A DNA stretch of 64,000 nt from an uncultured Spirochaetota bacterium (GTDB lineage Bacteria; Spirochaetota; Spirochaetia; SZUA-6; CAVTHK01), in assembly GCA_963734495.1 (NCBI GenBank), contig CAVTHK010000007.1, positions 192,001 through 256,000 on the forward strand, read 5' to 3'. This document shows, piece by piece, positions 32,751 to 42,860 of this stretch (position 1 is the first letter of the stretch; every line of letters begins with the position of its first letter). Position numbers and translations under genes: made by a program. A model generated the notes under the pieces. It was not told the DNA's origin. It did not search any database and worked only from the letters and a program-made list of their open reading frames with translations.

Positions 32751-33536
32751 TCACACCGAGCTTCTGGTCACGACGCTTCGCTTGATTCGCTGATAGACGG
32801 CATACAGGGGCACGTCGATCTTTCTCGCCCTGGCCCATCGGTCCAGCCGCTCCTGCGAGGCATGCCGCTTGCGCAGAAGCCGCCTCAGGGAGCGCTCGTC
32901 GCGCCGGCCGCCGCGCAGCCTGTAGCGCGACTCGACCGTGCGCACGAAGCTCCTCGCCTCGTCGGCGTTCTCCGCGCCGAGCCCGGCCCAGCCGCCCGCG
33001 TCGGTCATCCTCTCCGCCCACTCGATCAGCGAGCCGGACTCGCTTTCCGCCAGCGCCTCCTCCACGGATCGCACGAACGAGCTCTCCACGAACGTGACAC
33101 GGTCGACGGCCGCGCGGGCGTCGGAGCGTCTCTGAGACGCGAGCCTGGACCTCAGGTCGGCCCGGCCGAGAAGCACGAACACGAGCACCGCCGCGCCGAT
33201 CCCCAGCACGGCCTCGTCCAGCACCGGCAGGGGGTCGCGCACGACGGATGAGAAGAAGAAGTAGACCACGAGGAAGGTAGCCGCGGCGATCAGGAACTTG
33301 GGGATGAAGCGGACGTCGGCGAGCCAGCGTGCGACGCCTTCGTCGGCGAGCCTGTGCAGCTCGACTCGCAACGCTGTGAGCGCCTCGACCCGCGGCTCGT
33401 CCCCGTAGCGGCCCCTGACCTCGCCGTTCTCGATGGCCCCGAGGAGCCTCTCGCCGCTGTCGAACGGGTGCAGAACCAGCGACTCGGCCCCCTTGCGGTA
33501 GAGGTGAAAGATGTACGCCGTCTCCCGCCCGCTCAT
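32751..33536 (-). CDS. Conserved hypothetical membrane protein
   Basis: Two TM helices around RDPLP-x-x-DE. Start moved to ATG 33536, just downstream of a TTGACA...TATCCT promoter. Confidence 0.7.
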   Translation of the reverse strand: MSGRETAYIFHLYRKGAESLVLHPFDSGERLLGAIENGEVRGRYGDEPRVEALTALRVELHRLADEGVARWLADVRFIPKFLIAAATFLVVYFFFSSVVRDPLPVLDEAVLGIGAAVLVFVLLGRADLRSRLASQRRSDARAAVDRVTFVESSFVRSVEEALAESESGSLIEWAERMTDAGGWAGLGAENADEARSFVRTVESRYRLRGGRRDERSLRRLLRKRHASQERLDRWARARKIDVPLYAVYQRIKRSVVTRSSV

Positions 33537-33685
33537 CTCAAATCGAGGATAATCAACCGCATTTTGTGCTGTCAAGCCGTTCATGCCGGCTTTGCCGCCC
33601 CGGCGGGGGACGTCTCGAGCCGCGCGTGCGGCGCCCCGGCGCCGGCCTCGGGCGAGGGTGACGCGGGCCGGCGGCGCGCATACCT

Positions 33686-35450
33686 TCAGCCTTGTCCCTG
33701 GACGGGCAGGAGCGCCTGAATCTCGGCGTTGACGCGGGTGAGTCTTGCCCCCACCACCCTCCGGGCCTCGGCGAGGGCCACCGCGGGCGCCGCGCAGCAG
33801 GACGCGTAGAACTTGATCTTCGGCTCGGTGCCCGAAGGCCTGGCTGTTATGAACGAATCGCCGTCGGTGACCCACTGGAGCACGTTCGAGGAGGGCAGCT
33901 CGATGTCGTGCACCCTCGCGCGCGCGCCCGCCCGGATGGTCGTGCCGTCGCGGAAATCGCGGAGCTCGAGCACCCGCTCGCCGCCCCATTCGCGGAGGGG
34001 CTCACGCCTCAGCCTGTCCATCAGGGCATCCATCGAGCGCATCCCCTGCTCGCCCGGGAAGCCGCGGGAGATCCCGATCTCCTCGAAGTAGCCGTACTTC
34101 CGGTAGATCTCCTCGAGAGCGTCGAGGACGCTCAGGCCGCGGCTCTTGTGGTAGAGCGCCATCTCCACGGTGACGACCGCGGCGGTCACCGCGTCCTTGT
34201 CGCGAACGTGGGTCCCGATCATGTAGCCGTAGCTCTCCTCGGAGCCGAAGACGTAGCTCGGGCCGTCCGGCTGCGACTCGAACTGCCGGATCTTCTCGCC
34301 CATGTACTTGAACCCGGTGAGCGTGTCGATGCATCGCACGCCGTGCGCGTCGGCGATGCGCCGGTGGAGCTCGGTCGTCACGATGGTCTTGATGACCACG
34401 GGCCTCGGAGGCATCACGCCGAGCTCGTTGCGCGTGGTGAGCACGTAGTCCATGAGAAGCGCGCCGAGCTGGTTCCCCGTGACCAGGACCAGGTCGCTGC
34501 CTTTCTTGACGGCGATCCCGAGGCGGTCCGAATCCGGATCCGTGCCCATCACGAGGTCGGCCCCCGTCCGCCGGCCCAGCTCCAGGGCGAGCTTGAGGGC
34601 GGAGGCCTCCTCGGGGTTGGGGTACACGACGGTGGGGAAGTCGCCGTCCGGGTCGCGCTGCTCCGGCACGACGGTCACATCGACACCGAGATCGCGGAGC
34701 GTTCCCGCGACGGGGATGCCCCCCGTGCCATGGAGGGGCGTGTACACGACGCGGAGGTCGCGGCCGAGCCTCCGCACGAGCTCGGGCCGCAGCACCTGCG
34801 CCTTGACGGCATCGATGAATGCCGAGTCGACTTCGGAGTCGGCGACTGCGAGCAGCCCGCGCGCCGCGCGCTTCGCCCTCTTCGAGCGCGCGCACCTCGC
34901 GCACCGCGGCCACCTCGTCCACGATCGCGCTGTCGTGGGGCGCAACGACCTGCGCCCCGTCTTCCCAGTAGACCTTGTACCCGTTGTACTGGGCCGGGTT
35001 GTGGCTGGCGGTCACGACGATGCCCGTGGTGGCCCCGAGCTTCCTGACGGCGAACGAAAGCTCAGGCGTCGGCCGCAGCCCTGAGAAGACGTACGCGCGG
35101 ATCCCGTTCCCGGCAAACACCAGCGCAGCCTCGCGTGCAAAGAGGTCCGAGAAGCGGCGCGAGTCGTGAGCGATCACCGCGGAGGCGGGGGAGCCCCGCT
35201 TCGCCTTGAGGACGTAGCTCGCGAGCCCCTGGGTGATCCGCCTGACGTTCAGCGGGTTCATCCGGTTGGAGCCGCCGCCGATGATGCCCCGCATGCCGCC
35301 CGTGCCGAACGCGAGGCTGGAGTAGAAGCGTTCGGAGAGCCCACTCCAGTCCTCTCTGGCGATAAGGTCCTCTACCTCGGCGCGAAAGACCGGGTGAGCC
35401 TCCCGGGCCGTGTACTCGCGGGCCTTGCGCAACAGCTCGGTGTGCTCCAT
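33686..35450 (-). CDS. pgm: Phosphoglucomutase/phosphomannomutase (frameshift near 34870)
   Basis: FGTGGMRG, TASHNP, DPDSDR, EESYG, RPSGTEPKIKFY. Confidence 0.93.
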
Positions 35451-35469
35451 GCGTTCTTGCCTCCACGGG

Positions 35470-36912
35470 TCAGCGCCCTGGTGTTCCGGCGCCCTTCTGC
35501 TCCCGCGCGCGGGTGATGGTCGTCTGGTCCGCGCGCAGGCGCGAGCTTTCAGGAAGTCTCTGCAGCCCTCGCTCCACGATGGCCATGGCCTCGTCGAGCC
35601 TTCCGGCGTTCCAGGCCGCGACCATGGCGTTGTGAGTCTCGACTTCGAAGTTGTGGCGATACACGCGCTCGGTCTCGACGAGCCGGGCGTCGCTCCCCAG
35701 CCGCCCGATCGCCTCCTGCACGAGGTTGAGCGCCGGCAGGGACCCCCGCTCCCTGGCGACCGACTGCGCGCGCATCTGCGTCGCGCTGACCATCAGGTCC
35801 AGCCATTCCGCCCCCTCGAGCTCACCGCTCGCCCGCCGCCCATCCGCCAGGCGGACCGCGACGTCTATCTCGCCGCGGCGCAGGAGAACGGCCACCTGGT
35901 TGTGGACCACCTCCTGTCGCAGCCGCGCGAACCGCGGGTCCGGTCCGTAGCGGGCCGCCGCGCGGTCGAGCAGGGCGAGCGCATCGTCGAACCGGTCTGC
36001 CGATGCGAGCGACGACGCCATGTTCGACACGGTGATCACGAGCTTGAGCCGCGAGTCGTCGTCGCGCCCGAGCGCGTAGCCGTCGACCGCCGGCGCCACG
36101 GCGGTCTCGAACTGCCGGCGCTGCGTGGCGAGCGACGCCAGGTTCTGCGGGATCAGGGAGAGGAGGCCTCGCTCGTCGATCTCCGCGCGCGACGAGTCGC
36201 GGTTGGCGGGCACGTAGGTAAAGCCGGTCACGCGGCCGAACTGGTTCTGGAACTCGTGCTTTTCGCCGGGGTCGAACCCGTACACGTTCGTCGTCTCGAC
36301 GTCGACGAGCCCGCCGTCGATCCGCACCGCGCAGAACGCGTGATCCCGCGTCCTGACCCCGACGACCGGAAGGCCCGCCGCACGGGCCAGGATCGTGTAG
36401 AGCACGGCGGACGACACACAGTTGTAACGGCCGCTCTGCAGCGCGACGTCGACCCGCGTCTGCTCCTCCTGGTAAGTGCGCAGCAGCCGCTCGTGGAGAA
36501 AGACGAGCACGGCGTTGCCGCGTGCCCTCGGGTCGGCTTCGTCGGACACGACGTTGCGGACGTCGCGGATGAGGTCGTTCGCCCGCCGGCGGGCCTGCGC
36601 GAGCGCCTCGCCGCTCGCGCCCGAAAGCACCAGCGCAGCCTCGACCATTTCGTCCAGCGAGAGCGGCTCCACGTGCGACGCGAGATCGCGCGCGAAAGGC
36701 GAAGGCTCGAGTGACTGGACCTGGGCTTGAGACTGGGCTTGAGACTGGGCTTGAGGCGGCGCCTGCGCTTGAGCTCGTGGAGACGGCGCCTGCGCGCCTG
36801 CGACGGGCGCAGCGATCCCCGACACCGCGGCAGCCAGCGCGCATGCCGTGCGAAACGCAATCCTCGGGCGCGCCCCGCGCCCGGCTGCGCGACCGCGTGA
36901 CGCGGCTTCCAT
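35470..36912 (-). CDS. Exported transglutaminase-like protein with TPR tail
   Basis: G-x-YNCVSS...HAF...DVETT cysteine-protease-like triad; leaderless-type promoter upstream. Confidence 0.75.
   Translation of the reverse strand: MEAASRGRAAGRGARPRIAFRTACALAAAVSGIAAPVAGAQAPSPRAQAQAPPQAQSQAQSQAQVQSLEPSPFARDLASHVEPLSLDEMVEAALVLSGASGEALAQARRRANDLIRDVRNVVSDEADPRARGNAVLVFLHERLLRTYQEEQTRVDVALQSGRYNCVSSAVLYTILARAAGLPVVGVRTRDHAFCAVRIDGGLVDVETTNVYGFDPGEKHEFQNQFGRVTGFTYVPANRDSSRAEIDERGLLSLIPQNLASLATQRRQFETAVAPAVDGYALGRDDDSRLKLVITVSNMASSLASADRFDDALALLDRAAARYGPDPRFARLRQEVVHNQVAVLLRRGEIDVAVRLADGRRASGELEGAEWLDLMVSATQMRAQSVARERGSLPALNLVQEAIGRLGSDARLVETERVYRHNFEVETHNAMVAAWNAGRLDEAMAIVERGLQRLPESSRLRADQTTITRAREQKGAGTPGR
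36721..36756. repeat. 12-bp tandem repeat encoding a QAQS linker
   Basis: CTGGGCTTGAGA x2 plus CTGGGCTTGAGG, in frame. Confidence 0.75.
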
Positions 36913-36983
36913 CGCCGAGAATTTAGATGTATTGTGGGGGTGAATCAAGCAAGCGCGGTCTTTCGAGAGGGAGTCAAGGGGCA

Positions 36984-37763
36984 TTGGAGTTTGTCCATGA
37001 GGGGCCGTTCCGCATGATCGTCGACGGCGCGCACGACGGCCCGGTCAACATGGCGCGGGACGAGGCGCTGAGCGAGTGCAGCGAGCGGCCGGCTGTTCGT
37101 TTCTACACCTTCCGCCCCGCCACGCTGTCGCTCGGCCGCTTTCAGCCCGCCTCCAGCGTCGACGTCGCCGCTGCCCGCCGCGACGGGCTCTGCGTAGTGC
37201 GCCGGCCCACCGGCGGTCAGGCCGTGCTCCACGACAACGAGCTCACCTACTCCGTGATACTGGCGCGCGCCCACTTGCGCGATTTCCGAAAGCGCGAGAT
37301 CTATCGTTTCATCTCGGAGCTGCTCGCGGACGGCCTGAGGAGGTTCGGCGTGGCGGCGGGCTTTAGTCTGCAGCGGCGGGGCAGCGCCCGCAACCCCGAC
37401 TGTTTCGCCACCACGGGCGAATACGAGCTCGCCACGGCCGACGGCCGCAAGATCGTCGGGAGCGCCCAGGCCACGTCCCGGCGCGCGTGCCTTCAGCACG
37501 GATCGATCCCGCTCGACGACTCATTCCGCCGGATCAACGCTTACTTGAAGACGCCCGCAGAGGACGGCGGCCCGACGCCAGTTTCCATTGGCGAGGTGCT
37601 CGGCCGCAGCGTCGGCCTCGAGGAGGCCATTGCCGTGTTCGCCGCGGCGTTTGCCCGCCAGCTTGACCTCGAAGCCTCCGCTCTGAGCCCCGACGAGGAG
37701 GCTCTGGCCGGCAGGCTCGTCGCGGACAAGTACGGCCGCGACGAGTGGAATCTCCGGTACTGA
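36984..37763 (+). CDS. Lipoate-protein ligase / octanoyltransferase (LplA/LipM family)
   Basis: NMARDE, SLG-x-FQ, RRPTGGQAVLH, KIVGSAQ, LQHGS. Confidence 0.9.
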   Translation: MEFVHEGPFRMIVDGAHDGPVNMARDEALSECSERPAVRFYTFRPATLSLGRFQPASSVDVAAARRDGLCVVRRPTGGQAVLHDNELTYSVILARAHLRDFRKREIYRFISELLADGLRRFGVAAGFSLQRRGSARNPDCFATTGEYELATADGRKIVGSAQATSRRACLQHGSIPLDDSFRRINAYLKTPAEDGGPTPVSIGEVLGRSVGLEEAIAVFAAAFARQLDLEASALSPDEEALAGRLVADKYGRDEWNLRY

Positions 37764-37776
37764 GAGAGGTCCTCTC

Positions 37777-38649
37777 GTGTGGCAGGTCGCAGGCAGCAAC
37801 GATCAAGCGCCCCTGCTTGCCTTTCTCAAGAACGATGAATGGCGGTGCGTGTCATTTTCGTCGCGCCTTCGCACCGACAGCCCGGCATCGCGGGAGGCCG
37901 ACCCGGCCACCACCCTCGTCTGGGTCGAAAAGGGCGCTCAGCACCCGGTCGTGACTTCAGCGCTCATGCTGACGCGTACCGGAGTCGCTCTGCCGGTCCT
38001 CGACGGGCACGAGCGGTTCGAGCTGCCCCCCGGCGACAGGCTCTGCCTGCTCCTCGACCGCTTCCGCCCCCGGCTCCACTCCGTGATGGGGATGAAGTCC
38101 TGCGTCCTCAAGATGGAGGACGCGTTGCTCAAGCGGCCCTTCGCCTCGATCGACTACCACATGATGACTCTGGACCTCGAGCGGTGGCAGCCCGGCGAAC
38201 CAATGGACCTGAAATCCGTGACCGTCCGCAAGGCGTACCCCGAAGACACCGACGCCGTGTTCCCTCTGCAGCGCAGCTACGAGCTCGAGGAGGTGTACCT
38301 CGACCCACGGCAGTTCGACGACCGCAGGTGCCGCAGCCTTCTGCGGCGGGGGCTGCGCGAGGAGATCGTGTACGTCGCCGAGATGAGCGGCGTCCCGGTG
38401 GCCAAGGCGGGCACGAACGCGCGGGGCTTCACCACCGACCAGATCGGCGGCGTCTTCACGAGGAAAGACCTGCGGCATCGCGGCCTCGCGAGGCTCGTGA
38501 TGGTGACGTTGATCGATCACATCCAGCGCGACAAGCAGCACGTCTGCCTCTTTGTGAAGAAGGACAACGGACCGGCGATCCGCCTCTACCTCGGGCTCGG
38601 ATTCAAGATCCGGGGCGACTACCGCATCTCCTATTACGGCCGGGTCTGA
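37777..38649 (+). CDS. GNAT family acetyltransferase
   Basis: QIGGVFT...R-x-RGLA, N-x-PA-x-x-LY-x-x-LGF. Confidence 0.88.
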   Translation: MWQVAGSNDQAPLLAFLKNDEWRCVSFSSRLRTDSPASREADPATTLVWVEKGAQHPVVTSALMLTRTGVALPVLDGHERFELPPGDRLCLLLDRFRPRLHSVMGMKSCVLKMEDALLKRPFASIDYHMMTLDLERWQPGEPMDLKSVTVRKAYPEDTDAVFPLQRSYELEEVYLDPRQFDDRRCRSLLRRGLREEIVYVAEMSGVPVAKAGTNARGFTTDQIGGVFTRKDLRHRGLARLVMVTLIDHIQRDKQHVCLFVKKDNGPAIRLYLGLGFKIRGDYRISYYGRV

Positions 38650-39014
38650 GGGGCCGGCTCCGGGGGCGTCTCGCGGCGGCGGTCCCGGTACCACGAAGAG
38701 TGCAGCGTAGAGAGAAACCCCACGACCGTGGCGGTGGTGAGCACACCGAAGAGCAGGCTCGCGAACAATGCCACGCTGCCGCCGGCAGCCACGAGCACGG
38801 GGCTTCTCACCGCGACGATTCCCGCGCCCGTCACCGCGATCAGAGACGACCCCCAGGCGACGGTATGGTGGGAGATCACGCGGAGCCTGCGGCTCTTGCG
38901 CACAACGGTGTCCGTGAAGTCGCGGCTCTCCAGCCATGTGCGGATGAGGCTCTCCTCTTCGCCCGGAAACTCGATGCTGCTGAGGACCGGCCCGAGATGG
39001 GACTCCCGCTTCAA
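38634..39014 (-). CDS. Small membrane protein, putative anti-sigma factor
   Basis: Coupled to the ECF sigma gene; DFT-x-x-V motif followed by two TM helices. Confidence 0.55.
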   Translation of the reverse strand: MKRESHLGPVLSSIEFPGEEESLIRTWLESRDFTDTVVRKSRRLRVISHHTVAWGSSLIAVTGAGIVAVRSPVLVAAGGSVALFASLLFGVLTTATVVGFLSTLHSSWYRDRRRETPPEPAPQTRP

Positions 39015-39604
39015 ACGGACACCTCCTCCGGCTCCTGCCCTTGGTCATGAGCCAGGTGCTTGCGCAGGATGCGCTTGGCGCGGAAGACGTGGGACTTGAT
39101 CGTGTTCACCGGCAGCCCCGTCGCCCGCGAGATTTCGGGATAGCTCATCCCGTCGAAGTAGTGCATGCGGATCACGATGTTGTACGCCTCGGGGAGCCGC
39201 GCGAGCACCCTGCGCACCTCCTCGGCCCTCTCGGCCTCGATCAGGCGGGTCTCGGGCGGGGGCTCGCGCGCCGCGATGACCACGTCGTCGCTGCTCGCCT
39301 CCGCGAGCCGCCGCCGGCTCACGTGGTAGCCGTTGACGGCGAGGTTGAAGGCGAGCCGGTAGAGCCACGCCGCGAACGGCACCTGACCGCGGAACGAGTC
39401 GATCTTGCGGTAGGCCCTGAGAAAGACCTCCTGCGCATAATCCTGCGCGTCCTCCATGCTGCGGAGGAACTGGAGCCCGAGGTAGAAGATGCGGGTCTGG
39501 TGTCGCTCGACGATGAGGCGAAAAGCGTCGCGGTCGCCGGCCGCAACCCTCAGCACCAGCTCGTTGTCGTCAGGCTCCGCCACGGTCGCGGATCGTCCCG
39601 TCAC
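39011..39604 (-). CDS. ECF RNA polymerase sigma factor
   Basis: GD-x-x-AF, DAQD-x-x-QEVF, WLYR-x-A-x-N, SY-x-EIS...NTIKSH-x-FRAK. Confidence 0.93.
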   Translation of the reverse strand: MTGRSATVAEPDDNELVLRVAAGDRDAFRLIVERHQTRIFYLGLQFLRSMEDAQDYAQEVFLRAYRKIDSFRGQVPFAAWLYRLAFNLAVNGYHVSRRRLAEASSDDVVIAAREPPPETRLIEAERAEEVRRVLARLPEAYNIVIRMHYFDGMSYPEISRATGLPVNTIKSHVFRAKRILRKHLAHDQGQEPEEVSV

Positions 39605-39965
39605 GGTCGCGGGTTGCGGCGCCCCGCGCCAGCCGCTGGTAGACCACGATCGCGGCGCCGGCGGCCGCGGGCACCACGCCGATGAGCATCGGCTGCCCGG
39701 TGCCCTGCGTTGCCCGGAAGAAGAGGATGAGAGCGCCCCCCACGAACAAGAGTATGAACCCCGTGAGCATGAGCCGCTCGGGCCTGAGGCGAGGCGGGGG
39801 GGTGCCGCCGCGCGCGATGATCATGAGCCGGCGCTTGTGGTCCCAGAGCATCCAGAAGAACACCAGGACGCCGACGAGCACGAGCGCGGCGAGCGGCAGG
39901 GACGCGAGGAGGATCTGTGCGACCAGGCTCAGGTTGCCGATCCCGGTGAACGAGCCTGCTGCCAT
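39570..39965 (-). CDS. Membrane protein upstream of the ECF sigma (DUF6249-like)
   Basis: TM helix, R-x-x-x-I-x-RG, then two more TM helices; overlaps the sigma start. Confidence 0.6.
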   Translation of the reverse strand: MAAGSFTGIGNLSLVAQILLASLPLAALVLVGVLVFFWMLWDHKRRLMIIARGGTPPPRLRPERLMLTGFILLFVGGALILFFRATQGTGQPMLIGVVPAAAGAAIVVYQRLARGAATRDRDGTIRDRGGA

Positions 39966-39987
39966 CGAGCGCCCCCTTCGCCTGTTG

Positions 39988-40015
39988 AGACCACGGAACG
40001 CCCCCCGCGGTTGCA
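39988..40015 (-). promoter_or_regulatory. Putative autoregulatory ECF promoter TGCAAC-N17-GGTCT
   Basis: Resembles ECF -35 AAC and -10 GTC motifs; lies about 25 nt before the operon start. Confidence 0.45.
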
Positions 40016-40028
40016 GGAGGGTCATCAC

Positions 40029-40082
40029 GAGCCGCGCTGGATTTGTGCCGGCGACCCGCGCCTCACAAGGACGATACTGCAC
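40029..40082 (-). pseudogene. Decayed copy of the 3' two-thirds of tRNA-Lys (att-like remnant)
   Basis: Ungapped match to 40786-40839: 13-bp exact GAGCCGCGCTGGA, 41/54 identities by manual count; T-loop destroyed. Confidence 0.7.
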
Positions 40083-40233
40083 TTTTCGGGCAATGTCGAC
40101 ACGACCGGCTGCATCGACCGGCCGCGTCGCGGCGGTCGGTCAACAGGCGTCGTACTTGATAAAAAGGCTGATTCCGTACACTATAGGCTGTGTCGCGCGA
40201 GGCGCGCGAAGCAGGGCATGAAGGAGAGCGGGC

Positions 40234-40530
40234 ATGCGGAATCGTGATCGCGGCGGGAGGGAGTTTCGCAGTCAGATGGTGGACATCGTCTGGCGGAAGG
40301 GCGCGGTCGTCCAGGGGGACAATCGCACGAATCGCAGAATGGACGTGTGCGGCTCGATGATCGAGCGTGATCAGTACGGCAAGGAAACCCAGACAGGATG
40401 GGAGATCGATCACGTAGTGCCCAAGGCGAGAGGTGGAGGCGACGATCTCGCCAACCTTCAGCCGCTGCAGTGGGAGAACAACGTCCGCAAGGGGAATTCC
40501 TCGGACTGGAACTGCGTCAAACAGAAGTGA
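40234..40530 (+). CDS. Small stand-alone HNH endonuclease
   Basis: VW-x-K...D-x-CG...YG...GWEIDHVVP...GG-x-D-x-x-x-NL-x-PL-x-W-x-NN-x-x-K; AAGGAG SD. Confidence 0.9.
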   Translation: MRNRDRGGREFRSQMVDIVWRKGAVVQGDNRTNRRMDVCGSMIERDQYGKETQTGWEIDHVVPKARGGGDDLANLQPLQWENNVRKGNSSDWNCVKQK

Positions 40531-40784
40531 TCGAATCTCACCCGTCACGGCGGCCGCGCGGCGCGTAGACCCCCGACCGCCCGGTGACGCGGCATCCCGA
40601 CAGGGCGTCGGAATCTCGGCGGAGCCAGACGCCCATCTTCGGTTTCAATCGTATCGGTCTCGGTCGCTCACGCCCAGGCGGCTTTTCGCGCAGGAGGGCC
40701 TGACAGGCCTTCTCTTCGCGATCGGCCTGCCTGGCGGCCGATGCCTGCGTGATGACCAGCAGCACGAACCCCGAGTTGCCTGAA

Positions 40785-40857
40785 TGAGCCGCGCTGGACT
40801 CGAACCAGCGACCCACGCCTTAAAAGGGCGTTGCTCTACCACCTGAGCTAGCGGCCC
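40785..40857 (-). tRNA. tRNA-Lys(TTT)
   Basis: GGGCCGCTAGCTCAGGTGGTAGAGCAACGCCCT-TTT-AAGGCGTGGGTCGCTGGTTCGAGTCCAGCGCGGCTCA; TTGACA promoter upstream. Confidence 0.96.
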
Positions 40858-40933
40858 CGTCCGGTATATAGCCACGCGAGTACGGGGGTGTCAACCTGAG
40901 AGCGGCGAGAGCGGCGCCGGGCAGCGGGCGCGC

Positions 40934-42106
40934 CTACAGCCGGAATCGCATGCCGAACATCAGGTTGTAGGTAGGGCGAAGCCCTGGCTCCGAAGACAGC
41001 TCGGTGCCGAACATGGAGAGGCTCAGGTCCGCGAACGCGAGGTCGAGCGCCAGCCCGGCTGACAGCAGGCCCTGCCCGAAACCGACGCGCACGGACAGGA
41101 TCTGCAGCATGATCGCCTCGACGCCGAGCGACACGTGCAGGACCGGGTTGCGGGCGGTCGCCGGGTCGATGGCGAAATCGAAAATGTCGTCGTAGTCGAG
41201 CAGGAACTTGAAGCGGTCCACGACGCGCTCGATGGCGACGATGCGCGGGCTGTAGCGCACCCCGACCGACACGTCCGGACGCACCCGGCCGTCGCTCACG
41301 GAGACCGGAGCCGCGGAATCGGTAAAGGCCTCGAACGAGGCATACTCGCTGCGCCGGGTCGGGGCGAACGCGTCCCGGGCGACGATGCCCGCCGCGAAGA
41401 CCTTGCCGCGGCTGTAGAGCAGGCCGAGGTCGATGCCGACCCCGAGGCTCAGCGTGTAGGGCTCGCTCGAGAGCAGGGAGCCGGGATCGCCGAAGAGGTC
41501 CACGATCTCGAGCAGGCTCTTCGTGGTCTTCGCCTCGCCTCGGATCGAGGCCTTGAGCATCCCGCCGACGTCGAGCGTCCCGCCGAGGGAGGCCGGAATC
41601 GGGACCCGCAGCCCGTATCCTCCCGCGATCACGAGGTTCTCCGCCAGACCCATGTCCAGGGTGGCCGGGCCGGCCGAGTCGAACACCAGGTCGAACCAGT
41701 TGTAGATGGCGAAGCCGAGGCCGCCGTCTCCGTACGCGAACGCGACGGGGCCGGAGAGAGTCATGCCCGCGTGCAGGCCGGCCAGCAGGTCCCGCACGTC
41801 GGGGTCGGCGAGCGCGTCCTCCCCGTCGGCGACGCGCAGCATCACCCCCGTGATGTCGAAGATCGGCCCCGACAGGGCCAGGGTCAGCTCGGAAGCCTGC
41901 ACCTGCCGCTCGATCGAGGCGAGTCCCGCGGGGTTGGTGAAGATCGTGTACAGGTCGTCGGTGAGCGCGGCGTGAGGTCCGCCCAGGGCCGAGGCCCTGG
42001 CCGAAGGCGGCACCCTCCGGGTCTCCCACTCCAGCGCAGCGGAGAGCGTGCCCGCGAGGGCCAGCAGGAGGAAGACGGTGAGGCGCCCGAGCCGGTGCAT
42101 GCTCAT
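40934..42106 (-). CDS. FadL/TraF-like outer-membrane beta-barrel
   Basis: Signal peptide; ALGG-x-x-x-A...FTNPAG; G-x-G-x-DLG; G-x-x-QG-x-x-SAG; C-terminal GMRFRL. Confidence 0.7.
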   Translation of the reverse strand: MSMHRLGRLTVFLLLALAGTLSAALEWETRRVPPSARASALGGPHAALTDDLYTIFTNPAGLASIERQVQASELTLALSGPIFDITGVMLRVADGEDALADPDVRDLLAGLHAGMTLSGPVAFAYGDGGLGFAIYNWFDLVFDSAGPATLDMGLAENLVIAGGYGLRVPIPASLGGTLDVGGMLKASIRGEAKTTKSLLEIVDLFGDPGSLLSSEPYTLSLGVGIDLGLLYSRGKVFAAGIVARDAFAPTRRSEYASFEAFTDSAAPVSVSDGRVRPDVSVGVRYSPRIVAIERVVDRFKFLLDYDDIFDFAIDPATARNPVLHVSLGVEAIMLQILSVRVGFGQGLLSAGLALDLAFADLSLSMFGTELSSEPGLRPTYNLMFGMRFRL

Positions 42107-42128
42107 GCTGGGTGTTCTCCGCGCGCTG

Positions 42129-42779
42129 CTACGGGAAGTTGGACGGGTTGCTCAGAAAGGCCGCGAAATCCGAGATGACTCCGTACGAAGAATCGCTCGT
42201 CGGGAGCGCGGCCTGTGCGGTCGTGAGGAGCCCCATCGCGCCGGCGACATCCCCGGCTGTCAGGTTGTCGATGTTTCCGGCGCCGACCGTGATCGTTTTG
42301 TCGGCAAGCACTGCTATGGCCCCCATGATGTAGTCCGTGCCGGTGAGGTCGCCGCCGTGCGCCGACGCGTCGCTGTAGAATGACGCCGACTGCTGGAGGT
42401 ACGGGGCATTCAGAAGGGCGACCAGCCCGTTGATATAGGTCGCCGTCTGCGCGAAGGGATCGGTAAAGACGATGCTGCCCAGGTCGTCGAACGTTTCGTT
42501 GATGCCTGCAAGCGCCAGCGTGAGCTGGCCGCCCAGCAGCTCCAGCGTACCGTCGTCGGAGGCGAGCGCGTCGGCTTTGATGGCGTCGTAGGCCTCCGCG
42601 ATCTCGCCCTCGCTGCCGCTCGCGAGGGCGTTCTTCGCGTAGTTGACACGCTGATCCAGCGACATTTCGGCGGGATCGCGTCGTGCCCAGGAGAGCGGGC
42701 TGGTGGTAAAGATGGTATCGCAACCGGCAAGCAGCGCTATGACCGCAGCCCCGGCAACAAAGGGGCGCAATCGCCGCAT
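42129..42779 (-). CDS. Lipoprotein, alpha-helical
   Basis: Lipobox LLAGC after a basic/hydrophobic leader; GGAGG SD; TATAGT -10 box. Confidence 0.8.
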   Translation of the reverse strand: MRRLRPFVAGAAVIALLAGCDTIFTTSPLSWARRDPAEMSLDQRVNYAKNALASGSEGEIAEAYDAIKADALASDDGTLELLGGQLTLALAGINETFDDLGSIVFTDPFAQTATYINGLVALLNAPYLQQSASFYSDASAHGGDLTGTDYIMGAIAVLADKTITVGAGNIDNLTAGDVAGAMGLLTTAQAALPTSDSSYGVISDFAAFLSNPSNFP

Positions 42780-42860
42780 GTCTCGCCTCCGTCCCACACT
42801 ATATCACGTCGGCAAAAAAGGCCTCGGGCACGAACGCCCGGGTGAGCGACGACGGGCGGC

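Noticed and set aside
36721..36756. Phase-variable repeat
   Set aside because: The 12-bp unit is in frame and encodes a low-complexity Q/A/S linker, so copy-number change would not switch expression.
40538..40784. ORF or ncRNA directly downstream of tRNA-Lys
   Set aside because: The listed ORF starts inside the tRNA and has no recognisable motif. It is possibly an island remnant but cannot be supported.
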